DNA of 64,000 nucleotides from an uncultured Planctomycetota bacterium (GCA_963823665.1 CAWGMQ010000010.1:2336001-2400000), one strand, 5' to 3'; positions 45,069-57,079 are shown, counted from the stretch's first letter. Numbers and translations: made by a program. The notes: generated by a model not told the origin, from the letters alone.

Positions 45069-46879
45069 GGTCGTCGGGACGGGCGTATTCGCAGCCGCCT
45101 GCGTGGGAGTGTATTTCCTCGCGACCGTCTCCGGGGTGAGCAAGCCCATCAAGGAGATGTTCATCAGCCCGAACGCGGACATCGTCACGCAGACGGTGCG
45201 GCTGGGCGAGCTGAAGATCACGGTGGTGGAGAAGGGGACGCTCGAATCCTCGAAGAACCAGGATGCGTTCTGCAATGTTGAGGGCGGCACTTCGATCATC
45301 ATGATCAAGCCCGAGGGAACGCAGGTGAAGAAGGACGAATTGGTGTGCGAGCTGGACTCGGCGGCTCTGCGCGACAGCTTGACCAACCAGCAGATCACGA
45401 CCAAAAGTGCCGACGCCAATTTCCGGAACGCGACACTGACGCGCGAGGTGGCCGAGATTGCGGTGAGGGAATACGTGGAGGGCATCTACAAGCAGGACCT
45501 GGCGACGGTCGAGGGGGAGATCAAGCTGGCGGAATCCGAGCTTTCGCGTGCGCTGGATCGCGTCGATTGGGCGCAGCGGATGTTCGTGAAAGGCTACGTT
45601 TCGATGGCCCAGAAGGTGTCGGAAGACCTGGCGCTCAAGAAGGCGCGGTTCTCGCTTGAGCAAGCCCAGAGCAAGAAGAAGGTGCTGGTGGACTACACCA
45701 GAGACAAGACGATCAAGGAGCTCCAGAGCGAGGTGGAGAAGGCGGGTTCGGACGAGCTGGCCAAGAAGGCGACATGGTCGCTCGAGACCAGCAAGGAAAA
45801 GAAGCTCGAGAAGCAGATTGCGGCGTGCAAGATCCTGGCGCCCTCCGACGGGCTGGTGGTGTATGCGAATGATCCCACGCGGGCGTTCATGAGCAACACG
45901 CCGCAGGTTGAGGAAGGGGCTCAGGTGCGGGAGCGGCAGAAGATCTTCTCGCTTCCCGATATTTCGCAGATGCAGGTCAACACCAAAGTGCATGAATCGC
46001 ACATCAACAAGGTGAAGCGCGGCATGAAGGCGAAGATACGGGTCGACGCCTTCTCGAACGAGCTGCTCGAAGGCGAGGTGACGGACGTGGCGGCCTTGCC
46101 CGATACCGCGAGCATTTTCAGCTCGGACATCAAGGTTTACACGACCAAGATCAAGATCTTATCGCCGCTGCCGGGGCTGCGACCTGGCATGAACGCCGAG
46201 GTGACGATCGAGGTGAATCAGCTCGACAAGGTGCTCTCCGTGCCGGTGCTGGCGGTGCTCGAATTCGGCGGCAAGACGTACCTGACCAAGAAAATTGACG
46301 GGCGGTTTGTGCAGACCCCGATCGAGATTGGTGTGTCGAACGAGAAATACGTCGAGGTCAAGAGCGGGGCGAAGGAAGGGGAGATCGTGGCGATGAGCCC
46401 GGTTTCGCTGATGACCGACGATGAAAAGCGTGAAGCGTTCGGGTCGATGGGCAAGCCGACGCTTCGCAACTGGTCGAGGGATGAGACCACCGAGGCTGCG
46501 GTGGCGGCGGCTGGGGCCAACGGCGCCGCCGCGCAGGCCAAGGCGGGCGGTGCCGCGGCCAAGAAGGGAGGAGCGTCGGGGAAAGCGCGAGGCAAGGGCG
46601 AGGCTGCGCGATGGGGGCCGTGTTCGCGAAGATGGCGAACCTGTCGGATGAGGAGCGACAGCAATTGCGGTCGCCCGAAATCTCGCAGGAAGACAGGACG
46701 GCGATCTTGAAAAAGGCTGGGCTAACGGATGAGGAAATCGAGCAGATGGCCCAGATGCGAGCCGTGGCGGTGGTGGCCGGGGAATGGGCGGTCCCGGCGG
46801 TGGTGGTGGACGCGGACGAGGCGGCTTCGGCGGTGGCGGTGGCCCTCCGGGCGGTGGCGACGGAGGGTCTGACCAGTGA
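44956..46879 (+). CDS. Efflux periplasmic adaptor subunit (HlyD/MacA-like), Gly-rich tail (frameshifts near 46605 and 46760)
   Basis: [33 protein letters not shown]. Confidence 0.85.
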
Positions 46880-47783
46880 TTTCGGACCAGGGACCAGGTG
46901 CGTCGACCGGCAAACCGATAGTGAAGCTGGTCGACGTCACCAAGATCTACGAGATGGGACATGCCGGCGGAGGCGGCGGCTTGCTCGGCCGCCGCAAAGG
47001 TCCGACGACGACGGTGACCGTGCATGCGCTTCGCGGCGTGTCCGTCGATTTCTATCCCGGCGAGTACATCGCGATCATGGGTGCTTCGGGCTCCGGCAAG
47101 AGCACGATGCTCAATTTGCTGGGGTGTCTGGACCGGCCCGACAGACGGGTCGTACTACCTGGGCGGGCGCGACGTGGCCGGGCTGGACGATGACGAGCTA
47201 TCGGAAATCCGGAGCCGTTACCTGGGATTCATCTTTCAGTCTTACAACCTGATCCAGCAGTACACGGTGCTGGAGAACATCCAGCTTCCGCTGACATACC
47301 AGGGAAATGGCGACATCAGCCCGGAGGCGCAGGAGCGGTCGGCCGAAGTCGCCGCGCTGGTCGGCCTGGGCGATCGGCTGGACCATCGTCCATCGCAGCT
47401 TTCCGGCGGCCAGCAGCAGCGCGTCGCGATTGCGCGGTCGCTGATCAACGACCCGTACATCATCCTGGCGGATGAGGCCACGGGTAACCTCGATTCCAAG
47501 ACCAGCCACGAAATCATGGAAGTGCTGGAAAGGCTGAACGACGGCGGCAAGACGATCATCATGGTGACGCACGAGGATGACATCGCTGCCTGTGCCAAAC
47601 GAATTATCAAGATGAGGGACGGCCTGATCATTGACGATTCACCGAGCCCCAGGATGCAGAAGCTGCTGAACGGCGCGGTCGAGCTCCAAAGCCGTAGCCG
47701 ACAGCGAGGACGGAGAGTTGATCACCAACTGGACCGGGCACGAAGCCGAACTCACGGGCCCGAGCGAAGAACTGACCCACTGA
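46876..47783 (+). CDS. ABC transporter ATP-binding protein (MacB/LolD-like; frameshifted)
   Basis: [36 protein letters not shown]. Confidence 0.9.
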
Positions 47784-47793
47784 CGAGGATTCC

Positions 47794-49086
47794 ATGGCAC
47801 GCATCTGGCGAGCGCTCAAGCTGGGTATGAAGAGCCTGCTGCTGCATAAACTGCGGTCCGGGCTGACGGTGCTTGGTATCGTCTTCGGTGTCGCCGCGGT
47901 GATTTCGATGCTGGCGATCGCCGAAGGTACGAGCCGTACGGCGCTCGAGCAGATCCGGGCGCTCGGTGCAACGAACATCATCATCCGCTCGGTGAAGCCG
48001 AGCGATGACGCACAAGCCTCCGGCGGCAATCGGCCATCGCAGATTCTCAACTACGGTCTGAAATACGCCGATTTCGATCGGATGGTCGAAACCATACCGA
48101 CGATCCGGAAAGTATTGCCAATCCGGGAGATTCGCAAGCAAATCCGGCGGGGGAGCTACGCATTCGACGGCCGGGTCGTGGGCACGACCGAAGATTACGC
48201 CGACTTCAATCTGCTCGAAGTGGCCCGAGGCCGATTCTTGACCGCGACCGACAACGAGCGGTACGAGAATTTCGCCGTGCTGGCACACGACACCGCGATG
48301 AAGCTCTTCCCGTACGAAGACCCGATCAATCAGACGATCAAGCTCGGGGCGGACTATTACACTGTCGTGGGCGTGACTCAGCAGCGTGAGAGCAAGAATG
48401 CAGCGTCTTCCAAGATCGCCAGCAGCCTGGCATCCCAGGACTTCAACAAAGACGTCTATATTCCGCTCAACACGTGCCGCCTGCGTTTTGGCGAGCGCAT
48501 CATCGACCAGCGCTCAGGGTCTCGGCAGGCCGAAGAGACGCAGCTCACGCAGATCACGATCCAGGTCGGGACGATGGAAGAGGTGCTTCCAACCGTGCCT
48601 TTGATCGAAGCGGCGTATGAGCCCTATCATCCCAAGAAGGACGTGGAAAAGACCGTCCCTTACGACCTTCTGATCCAAGCTCAGAAGCAGGCGAGGCAGT
48701 TCGCCATCATCCTGGGCACGATCGCGGCCATCTCGCTTCTGGTTGGTGGCATCGGAATCATGAACATCATGCTTGCGACCGTGACGGAACGCACCCGCGA
48801 GATCGGCATCCGCCGCGCACTGGGGGCCAAGCGCCGGGATATCACACAGCAGTTCTTGATTGAGACGGTGGTGCTTTCCGGCGTGGGCGGATTGCTGGGT
48901 GTGGCTGTGGGTTTCGCGATTCCGCGAATCATCATTTTCTTCATCAGCGATCAGAAGGCAATCGTGACGTGGACCTCCGTGGCTCTCGCGTTCGGAATCT
49001 CGGTGATTATCGGGATCGCGTTCGGGATTTATCCCGCAAGACGGGCGGCCTTGATGGACCCGATCGAGGCGCTCCGCCACGAGTAG
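47794..49086 (+). CDS. ABC transporter permease (MacB/FtsX family)
   Basis: LRSGLTVLGIVFGVAAVI, VGGIGIMNIMLATVTERTREIGIRRALGA, PARRAA.MDPIEALR. Confidence 0.93.
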   Translation: MARIWRALKLGMKSLLLHKLRSGLTVLGIVFGVAAVISMLAIAEGTSRTALEQIRALGATNIIIRSVKPSDDAQASGGNRPSQILNYGLKYADFDRMVETIPTIRKVLPIREIRKQIRRGSYAFDGRVVGTTEDYADFNLLEVARGRFLTATDNERYENFAVLAHDTAMKLFPYEDPINQTIKLGADYYTVVGVTQQRESKNAASSKIASSLASQDFNKDVYIPLNTCRLRFGERIIDQRSGSRQAEETQLTQITIQVGTMEEVLPTVPLIEAAYEPYHPKKDVEKTVPYDLLIQAQKQARQFAIILGTIAAISLLVGGIGIMNIMLATVTERTREIGIRRALGAKRRDITQQFLIETVVLSGVGGLLGVAVGFAIPRIIIFFISDQKAIVTWTSVALAFGISVIIGIAFGIYPARRAALMDPIEALRHE

Positions 49087-49193
49087 GCTGAGCTCCAGCG
49101 GTGCGCTGTTCGGTCAACCCAGCGCATGGCTTCACTTGGGCTTGCGTCACGCCGGGCTTCTGGCTAGGCTTGAGAGATCACAAGAGGCGGTTG

Positions 49194-49231
49194 ACCGCGG
49201 CTCTGGGAGGTCCCTGGCCGCGGTTTTTGTT
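49194..49231 (+). terminator. Intrinsic terminator upstream of greA
   Basis: ACCGCGGC...GCCGCGGT stem followed by TTTTGTTCTT. Confidence 0.65.
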
Positions 49232-49305
49232 CTTGTTGGCATTCACAACGGCCTGAGCGCATTCACAAGAGCACTTCGGCCCAGGGGGACGTGGAGTAGA
49301 GCCGG

Positions 49306-49785
49306 ATGCCCAACGACCGAATTCCGATGTCGAAGGAAGGCTACGAGAAGAAGAAGGCCCAGCTCGACGCGATGAAAAACGACGAAATGCCGCGAATCGC
49401 CGAACAAATCGCCCAGGCCCGCGGATACGGCGACCTCTCCGAAAACGCTGAGTTTGACGCGGCCGTCGAGGCGCAGGGCATGCTTCAAGCCCGCATCAAC
49501 GACCTGCAGAACTTGCTCGGGCTAGCGTACATCGTGGAGAAGTCAAACCTTCCCACCGATCGTGTCGTCTATGGGTCGAAGGTGCGTGTTCTCGATCTCT
49601 CGCTGAACGAGGAGGAAGACTTCATTCTCGTCGGTCCCGGCGAAGAGGACTACGACCAGAACAAGATCCTGCTCTCCAGCCCGATCGGTCAGGGGCTGGT
49701 GGGTAAGAAAGTCGGCGAAAAAGCCGAGATTCAGATTCCCCGAGGCGTGCTCAAGCTCAAGATCCTCGAGATCGGCACTGCTTGA
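49306..49785 (+). CDS. greA: Transcription elongation factor GreA
   Basis: AR.YGDLSENAEFDAA, SPIGQGL.GKKVG. Confidence 0.93.
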   Translation: MPNDRIPMSKEGYEKKKAQLDAMKNDEMPRIAEQIAQARGYGDLSENAEFDAAVEAQGMLQARINDLQNLLGLAYIVEKSNLPTDRVVYGSKVRVLDLSLNEEEDFILVGPGEEDYDQNKILLSSPIGQGLVGKKVGEKAEIQIPRGVLKLKILEIGTA

Positions 49786-49800
49786 AACTTTTTGAACGCG

Positions 49801-50559
49801 CTACTGGCTAAGGGCAACCGCCAGCCCTTCGTCCGCCCACCATGTGGGAACCGGGGCGATGAGGATCAATTCACGGCCGCTGGTCGGATGCTTGAGCGTG
49901 AGCGAACGTGCATGAAGAGCAATGCGATCCGCATCGGCGAATGGTCGGCTCGCGCCGTAGGTGACGTCGCCGAGTATGGGCGTTCCTCGCCGGGCGGCCT
50001 GAATGCGCAACTGGTGGGTTCGCCCGGTCTGAGGCCACAGCCGCAGCCAAGAGCAGCCTACCGGCAATGAAGAAGCGGCCGTGCTGAGACAGACGTGTGT
50101 AAGGGCGTCCCTCGCACCTCGTGTTTCCCGATCGACCGCACTCACGCAGCCGGTCTCGTCAGCTCGCGTGAGCCAGTCGTGCCACACAGTTTTATCCTGT
50201 TGCTCACCAGCGCAGGCGAATTCGGGAGTGGCTTCGCGCGGCGTTTGAGTCGACGCGGTCGACTCCACAATCGCCCAGTATTCCTTGAGGACCAGCCGCT
50301 TCTGAAATTGAATCGAGAGCCGCCGGGCCGCTTTCTCGGTCTTGGCCCAGAGAATGACGCCCGAAGTGGGCCGATCGAGGCGGTGCACGAAGCCGATGTA
50401 TGCCGCGTGCGGATCGCCGGGATGAAGGTAGCGGCGCACCGCCGTTTCGAGCGTACTCTGACCTTTCGGCGCCCAGGCACCCTGAGAGAACTGCCCGGCC
50501 GGCTTGGCCAGCGCCAGGCAGTGGTCATCCTCGAACAGGATCGTCAGGGATTCGTCCAA
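49801..50559 (-). CDS. RluA-family pseudouridine synthase
   Basis: KPAG, VHRLDRPTSGV, TGRTHQLRIQ, PILGD..YG, LHA. Confidence 0.92.
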   Translation of the reverse strand: MDESLTILFEDDHCLALAKPAGQFSQGAWAPKGQSTLETAVRRYLHPGDPHAAYIGFVHRLDRPTSGVILWAKTEKAARRLSIQFQKRLVLKEYWAIVESTASTQTPREATPEFACAGEQQDKTVWHDWLTRADETGCVSAVDRETRGARDALTHVCLSTAASSLPVGCSWLRLWPQTGRTHQLRIQAARRGTPILGDVTYGASRPFADADRIALHARSLTLKHPTSGRELILIAPVPTWWADEGLAVALSQ

Positions 50560-50662
50560 GTGCCGCTTGAGCCTTGCAATGACAGTCCGGCCTCAACACC
50601 GGAGTACGACGAAACAAGCTCGTCGCGCTTCGTATCGGATGGAGGCCGATCTTGCGACCGCG

Positions 50663-51004
50663 TTACTGGCTGGGCAGGCCGCCGGCGGTTCCGGCCGGGC
50701 CGTACCGATTGTTCGTTGGCAAGTTGAGCGGGCTCGTGTTCGGCGTGGGCGTTCCGAACTGCGGTGCCCCAGAGCCAGCGGCCGCGTTCGGGTCAGACGG
50801 GTAACCCTGGTACTGCCCGACCGACGTGCTGGGGTGCGGATCCGAGTTGAACCCGACCGCAGGCGAATTGCCATTGGTCGAGAACGGTTTGCCTTTGGGA
50901 ACGTCATTGTGCATGCTGCGGCAGCCGGATGCGGTCAAGACGAAGCCCAAGGCCAGGGTAAAACACCCTCCGACCATCACGCGACTGAGTCGATCCATCG
51001 ACAT
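50663..51004 (-). CDS. Pro/Gly-rich small lipoprotein
   Basis: Hydrophobic signal ending TASGC. Confidence 0.6.
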   Translation of the reverse strand: MSMDRLSRVMVGGCFTLALGFVLTASGCRSMHNDVPKGKPFSTNGNSPAVGFNSDPHPSTSVGQYQGYPSDPNAAAGSGAPQFGTPTPNTSPLNLPTNNRYGPAGTAGGLPSQ

Positions 51005-51279
51005 GAACTCCTCGTTCCTTGGCGCTCGATACCACCTGGCATCAAGGCGAAAAATGAGCCTACGAATGGTTTCACGGCGGCGCCGACAACCGGCCCGCTG
51101 CCGTACCAGCACTTCCAGAATGGAAGGATGAGAGCGATTCGAGCTGAAGCGAAACGTGAAGAAACGGGAGACCTGGTGCTGCGGAAGGACGCAGAATCCT
51201 CCCGCAGCGCCGGCATGATAGCGACTCAAACGTCGCGGTCAAGCGCAAAGGCCAAAAGTCCCGCACGTTTCGCGCGAGT

Positions 51280-51898
51280 TCACTTTTTCGCGGCTGAAAA
51301 CCGCCGGCCGATCTCGTCCCAGTTGAGTGTGTTCCACCAGGCGGTGATGTAATCCGCGCGGCGATTCTGATACTTCAGGTAGTAAGCATGCTCCCAAACA
51401 TCGATACCCATCAGTGGAGTGGTGCCATCCATGATGGGGCTGTCCTGGTTTGGCGTGGAGATGACAGCGAGTTTCTTGTCTTTGCCGAGGATCAGCCAAC
51501 CCCAGCCAGAGCCGAAGCGACCGAGTGCGGCCTTTGCCCAGGGCTTCCTTGAACGCGGCAAGGCCACCCAGGTCGGACGTGATTGCCTGCTCGAGGGCAC
51601 CGGTGGGATCGCCGCCGCCGCCGGGCTTCATGATCTGCCAGAACAGCGAGTGGTTGGCGTGGCCGCCGCCGTTGTTTCGGACGGCCGTCCTGATGGCGTC
51701 AGGAATGGCGTCAAGGTTGGCGATCAGGTCGTCGATGGGTTTGCCCTGGAGTTGCGGATGATCTTTGAGCGCGTTGTTCAGATTCGTGATATACGCTTGG
51801 TGATGTTTCGTATGATGGATCTCCATCGTCTTGGCGTCGATGTGCGGCTCGAGCGCGCCGAGATCGTAAGGGAGAGGCGGCAAGGTGTATTCGGCCAT
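51280..51898 (-). CDS. sodA: Mn/Fe superoxide dismutase (frameshift near 51535)
   Basis: [42 protein letters not shown]. Confidence 0.93.
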
Positions 51899-52008
51899 GG
51901 TTCTGTCCTCAACAGTGCGAGTTTGATGAAAAAGCGAGACTTCGGGCACCGGCAGGGCCAGTGGCACGCCGTCAGTGTAAAGCGAATGGCGCGCCGAAGG
52001 AAGGGACT

Positions 52009-54175
52009 ATGAGAAGACAAAGGGCGGAGGCTGGAGCTCGAGATCCGTACTCGGCATTTATTCGCATGCAAAGCGAGTCCGCCGCGACACGGCGGGGACT
52101 TCCACCGGCGACACGGAGTGGCTGGGAGGAGCGTTTCAAGCAGGTGCGAGCAGGGCTTGCGCGTGCCTTCGGGCGCATGCCCGACCCCCCGTGCCCGCTC
52201 GACCCGGATGTGCTGGGTACGCTGCTTCGCCCCGGATACGCAATCGAGCGCGTGACGTTCCAGAGCGAGGCCGGGGGTCCGCGTCACGGCCAATCTTTAC
52301 CGTCCAGACCCGGTGAACCAACCGTGCCCCGCGGTACTTTCAGTGCACGGACACTGGGCCTGGGCTCGCATGGACATTCACGTACAGCCTCGGTGTATCG
52401 CCCTGGCAAAGCTGGGTTACGTTGTTCTCTGCGTCGACGCCTTCGGCGCGGGCGAGAGGGCGATTGATCCCGGTCCGGGAACTTACCACGGTGGATTGAT
52501 CGGGGCATCTCTCCTTCCAGTCGGCACGCCACTGATCGGCCTTGCAAGTCAATGACAACCGGCGAGCAGTCGATTACCTCATCTCGCGTTCCGACGTCGA
52601 TGCGAGCAAGCTGGCTGTCACCGGTGCATCCGGAGGAGGCAACCAGACGCTCTACGCAGGCGCGACCGACGAGCGATTTAAGGCCGTGATCCCGGTGTGC
52701 GGCATCGGGACATACGACACCTACTTGAGCGCGGCTTGCTGTGTGTGCGAGATCAACTCCGGCGGTGCCGTCTTCGCCACCACTGGCGATCTGCTCGCGA
52801 TGGTGGCGCCGCGGGCACTCCTGGTGATCAGCGCAGAACGCGACGCGCTTCAGTTCAGCGTCGGCGAGGCCTCCAAGAGCGTGGCGCAGGCACGACAGCG
52901 ATTTCGCTTGCTCGGGGCGGAGGAAAAAATCCGCCATCTCGCTGTCGACTCCGACCACGACTACAACGCGCCGATGCGCGAGGCGATGTACGGCTGGGTT
53001 GAGAAATGGCTGGGCGGCCGCGGCGACGGAGATCCGATCAAGGAACCCGAGGTTCAGGTGGAGGCGATCGACTCGCTTCGCTGTTATCCCGACGGCCCGT
53101 CGCGCCCAAAGACGATCGTGACGATCCCTGAATTCGCCCACGAGGAAGGCATGAAACGACTGGCGGCGCTGCCCGCAGCCTCCGGACCACAAGGAGCATT
53201 GGAAAGCGGAGGCCGAGAGATTGCGCTTCGGCCTGAAGAACGACGTGCTCGGCTGGCTTCCCGCCGCGCGGAGTCGCTCGCGTGCCAGGTCGTTCGCCGG
53301 CAACGAAAGCCTGTCGTATCGCATCACGACGGAACGCGGCATCCACTCCACGGGTGAAGCGATCATTCCCGCCGGAACTCGGGGCCGACCATGGCACGGT
53401 CGTCATCGCCATCCCATCGTCGAAAGATCCAGCCGACTTCGAGCCAATCCGTCACCGAGCAGGCGCGATCGTGGCATAAGAGCGGGTTTGCCACGCTCAC
53501 GGTCGCCGACTCTCGCTTCACCGCCGCTCGACGTGAGCAACGTCGCACCCGTGGCCGGGGTCGCCGACCATAATCCGGCGGAATGGGGATTATGGGTAAA
53601 TCGGCCGCTGCTCGGCCAGTGGACCTGGGATCTCATCCGTTGGCTCGACTTTCTGGACGAACAGGCCCGGAATGTGGATCGCGAGGGAGGCAGGGGTGGA
53701 AGCCAGCAGCGGCCGTACGTCTTGCTCGGACTGGGAGCGATGAGCCGTGCCGGCGCTCTTTGCGGGAGGGTTGGATCCGCGTGTTGCCGGAGTGGCTTGC
53801 GAGCGATGCCTTGTCAGCTACGTCGGTCTCGAAGGGAAGCCGTGGTCCGGACATCCGATGGGACTGCTGGCACCTAACATCCTGGAGCTAGGCGACATCA
53901 GCCATTTCGCGGCTCTCCTCGCGCCTCGACCGTTTGTGCTGACGAGCGCGGTCGAGCCAGACGGACAACCATCGACGCCCGAGAGAATTCGGGGGGCCTT
54001 CGAATTCACGGAGCGGATCTACCGGTTGCTCGGCGCCGCGGATCGGTTAGCTCTGGGCACACGAGTCGACTCGCGGAAGGTACTCGGGCGCCGTGAACGC
54101 GGCGGTCCGGCGTTACGCCCCAGACCGCGTCCCGACTTTTGGCGTCCGGCGGTGGCCGGTTTGACGCTGAGATAG
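52009..54175 (+). CDS. Acetylxylan esterase-like alpha/beta hydrolase, two-domain (several frameshifts; end approximate)
   Basis: VHGHW, DN.RAVDYL.SR, TGASGGG nucleophile motif, C.CE, APRAL, HDY. Confidence 0.75.
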
Positions 54176-54321
54176 GGAGAGGAACGTGGTTCGGCAGAGA
54201 AGGCACTTAATCACGAGCAAGGCACGTTGGCCAATTGAAGTTAGGACATTTCTGCCGATAATGGACTGGTCGAGCGCGGCTCGACAACTTGACGACGAAC
54301 GACGACTGACGGGGTTCCCGT

Positions 54322-56370
54322 ATGCCCGCCGAAGCTGAAAAGATTGATTTCGCGCCGATAGAGATCCCGCGGGTGCGCCGGTCGGCCTGGGGCATCGTGA
54401 AAATTGCCCTGGTCTTGGCGGTCATTGGTGGGGCTGTCGCCGCGTGGCAGTTGGGATATTTGCCGCGATTGATGGGCCGGCAGGCTCGGCCAATCTTCCG
54501 CTTGGTCGAAGTCGATCGCGGCGACATCAACATTTCGGTGGTGGAGACGGGTACGGTCGAAAGCGCCAACAATGCGACGATTCGCTGCCATGTCGAAGCG
54601 ATTCTGGGGGCCGTGGGCGGCAGTCAGGGGTCCGGTTCGGGTAAAGCCGGGGGAGCAGGCGCAGGCGGTCAGGCTGGTGGCGGAGCGGCGGGGGGCGCCG
54701 CAGGCGCTGCGGGAGCTGGAGGCTCGGGTGGCGCGCAGCAGACGACGGCGAAGGCCAAGACGACCAAGAAAGCTGGGGCGTCAGGTTCGGCTAAGACTGC
54801 GGCGAGCAGCGGAGCGAGCAAGTCGGCGAGCGGCAGTTCCTCGACAGCCGCCGGTGGCACGTCCGCGACGTCAACCACTGCTTCTTCGAGCGGAACCACG
54901 TCGAGCTCATCCACTGGAGCAACCACGACCAGTTCGAAGCCCGTGATCCGCAGTTTCACGTACGCGGTCGTTCAGTACATGCCGCTCAGACCGGTGACGA
55001 CGAAGGCGGTTGACACGACAGCTCAGAAAAAAGCCACCCAGGGCGGTGGCGGCGGCGGTGGCGGCGGCGGCGGCGGCGGGCGCGGCGGCGGAGGCGGGGG
55101 TGGCCGTGGCGGCGGAGGCGGAGGAGGCGGCGGGCGCGGTGGCATGTTCCAGATGGACGAGTCTCCGGGCTCGACCTCCATCGTTTATCTCATTGCAGAA
55201 GGCAGCCACGTCAAGGCTGGCGAGCTGCTCTGCAAGCTTGATTCGTCCGCTTTCGAGGATGAGGAACAGGCTCAGCTCATCCGTTATCACCAGGCTGAAG
55301 CGTACGTGATACAGGCCCGCAGCGCCCTTGAAGTTGCCAAGATCAGCCTGCGGGAATATCGCGATGGGATTTATCCGTCGGACGTTCAGCTTGTCAAACA
55401 GTATACCGAGGCCTGCGAGCTCGATCGCGATCGGTTGAGCCGCGCCGCCATCTGGTCGCGTGATATGCTGAAAAAGGGCTATCGCACCCTCAATCAGGTC
55501 AAAGGTGATGAAAAGGCCCTCGAGCAAACCGAGATCGCTCTTGGCGAAGCTCAGAACATGATGGAACGGCTTGTGAAACAGACCGGGCCGAAGGTGCTCA
55601 AGTCTCTCGAGGCAAATGTGAAGGCGATCGAGGCCGACAAGCTTACGCAGGACGCGTCGTTCAATCTCGAGCAGCAACGGCTCGAGCGCATTCGCAAGAA
55701 TATCAAGAATTGCACACTTCACGCCCCGTCTGACGGGATCGTCGTTTACGTCAATCAAACCAATCGATTCGGAATGGTGACGGCACCAATCGCCGAAGGC
55801 GTGACCGTGCGGCAGGACCAGCCGATCATCAATCTGCCCGATCCCCTGCACATGAGGGTGAAGGCCAGAATCAACGAGTCCAAGCTCTCGTTCATACAGA
55901 CCGGCCTGGTGGCTCGAATCGTGGTTGATGCCTTCCGGGAACGGCCGCTCAAAGGCCGCGTCAGCGAAGTCACCGCAATCAATACACCCTTGAACGCCTC
56001 CGACGTCCGTGTCTACTACGCCAACGTCGACATCGCTCAGGGATTCGCTGATCTTCGTCCAGGCTTGAGTGCCGAGGTGACCTTCCTCGTGGATTCTCGC
56101 CAGAACGTGACGCGGGTTCCGCTCGAGGCGGTCCGGTGGATCAACGAACGGGGCTATGTCGCGCTCTATGAACCTTCCGCGAAGGACACTCATAAGAATT
56201 GGCGCTGGAAGGAAGTCCACATCGGTCTCAGCGACTGGCATTACGCTGAAGTCTTGAGCGGCCTTGAGCCAGGAGACCGCATCGTGGCCGCACCGCGCGA
56301 GCTACTACCCGCTCCTGCGCCATCCTCCGCCGATGCTGCGCCGACCACCGTTGCCGATGTGAATCCCTGA
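54322..56370 (+). CDS. Efflux periplasmic adaptor (HlyD-like) with a long low-complexity insertion
   Basis: VETGTVES, APSDGIVVY, LRPGLSAEV; Gly/Ser/Thr-rich insert. Confidence 0.85.
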   Translation: MPAEAEKIDFAPIEIPRVRRSAWGIVKIALVLAVIGGAVAAWQLGYLPRLMGRQARPIFRLVEVDRGDINISVVETGTVESANNATIRCHVEAILGAVGGSQGSGSGKAGGAGAGGQAGGGAAGGAAGAAGAGGSGGAQQTTAKAKTTKKAGASGSAKTAASSGASKSASGSSSTAAGGTSATSTTASSSGTTSSSSTGATTTSSKPVIRSFTYAVVQYMPLRPVTTKAVDTTAQKKATQGGGGGGGGGGGGGRGGGGGGGRGGGGGGGGGRGGMFQMDESPGSTSIVYLIAEGSHVKAGELLCKLDSSAFEDEEQAQLIRYHQAEAYVIQARSALEVAKISLREYRDGIYPSDVQLVKQYTEACELDRDRLSRAAIWSRDMLKKGYRTLNQVKGDEKALEQTEIALGEAQNMMERLVKQTGPKVLKSLEANVKAIEADKLTQDASFNLEQQRLERIRKNIKNCTLHAPSDGIVVYVNQTNRFGMVTAPIAEGVTVRQDQPIINLPDPLHMRVKARINESKLSFIQTGLVARIVVDAFRERPLKGRVSEVTAINTPLNASDVRVYYANVDIAQGFADLRPGLSAEVTFLVDSRQNVTRVPLEAVRWINERGYVALYEPSAKDTHKNWRWKEVHIGLSDWHYAEVLSGLEPGDRIVAAPRELLPAPAPSSADAAPTTVADVNP

Positions 56371-56485
56371 ACGATCCTCACTCGAGCTTTCGCAGCGTTC
56401 GCGTTTGAGGTCGGATCAATCGTTGAATCGTAGCTATGGCGGAACTGTCCGAGAGACCACGGCCGAAGCGATTATCGCGATCAGC

Positions 56486-57010
56486 ATGATCGCCATATCG
56501 GCGCTCGGACTTGCCGCCCACGCGTCGGCCGAAGAGCCGCGTGCCGCGGCCAGGGCACTGCACATGCCGCCACTCGCGCTCGAGGCGCGGCTCATGCCGA
56601 TCATCAACGCTCACAAAGGCAAGGTCGCTGTCGCGGTCAAACATCTCGGGACCGGCCATAGCTTCGCATATCACGAAACGGAGGTCATGCCGACCGCCAG
56701 CCTGATCAAGCTTTTCGTCATGATTGAATTGTATCGTCAGGCGGAAGCGAAGAAAGTCGACTTGTGCGCGATGCTCGTACTGAAGGAATCCGACAAGGTT
56801 CCCGGTTCCGGAATCCTGACCAGCCATTTCACGGCGGGCGCCCACTTCACAGTCCGTGACGCAGCCCGACTCATGATCGCCTTTTCAGACAATACCGCCA
56901 CCAACCTTGTCCTTGACGCTGTCGGCATCGGCTCGACCGCGGCCACGATGGATGCTCTCGGCTACCCGAATACCAAGATTCACTCGAAGGTTCTTCGCCG
57001 TGATACGTCT
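56486..57010 (+). pseudogene. 3'-truncated class A beta-lactamase-like serine hydrolase
   Basis: PTASLIK (SxxK) and SDNTATN present; KTG half absent and no room before the convergent gene. Confidence 0.7.
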
Positions 57011-57079
57011 TCGACGAGCCAACGCAGCCCACGAACTCGAGCTCGAAGGCCCAGCGCACACAGCCGTGGGCCGAGGGTT

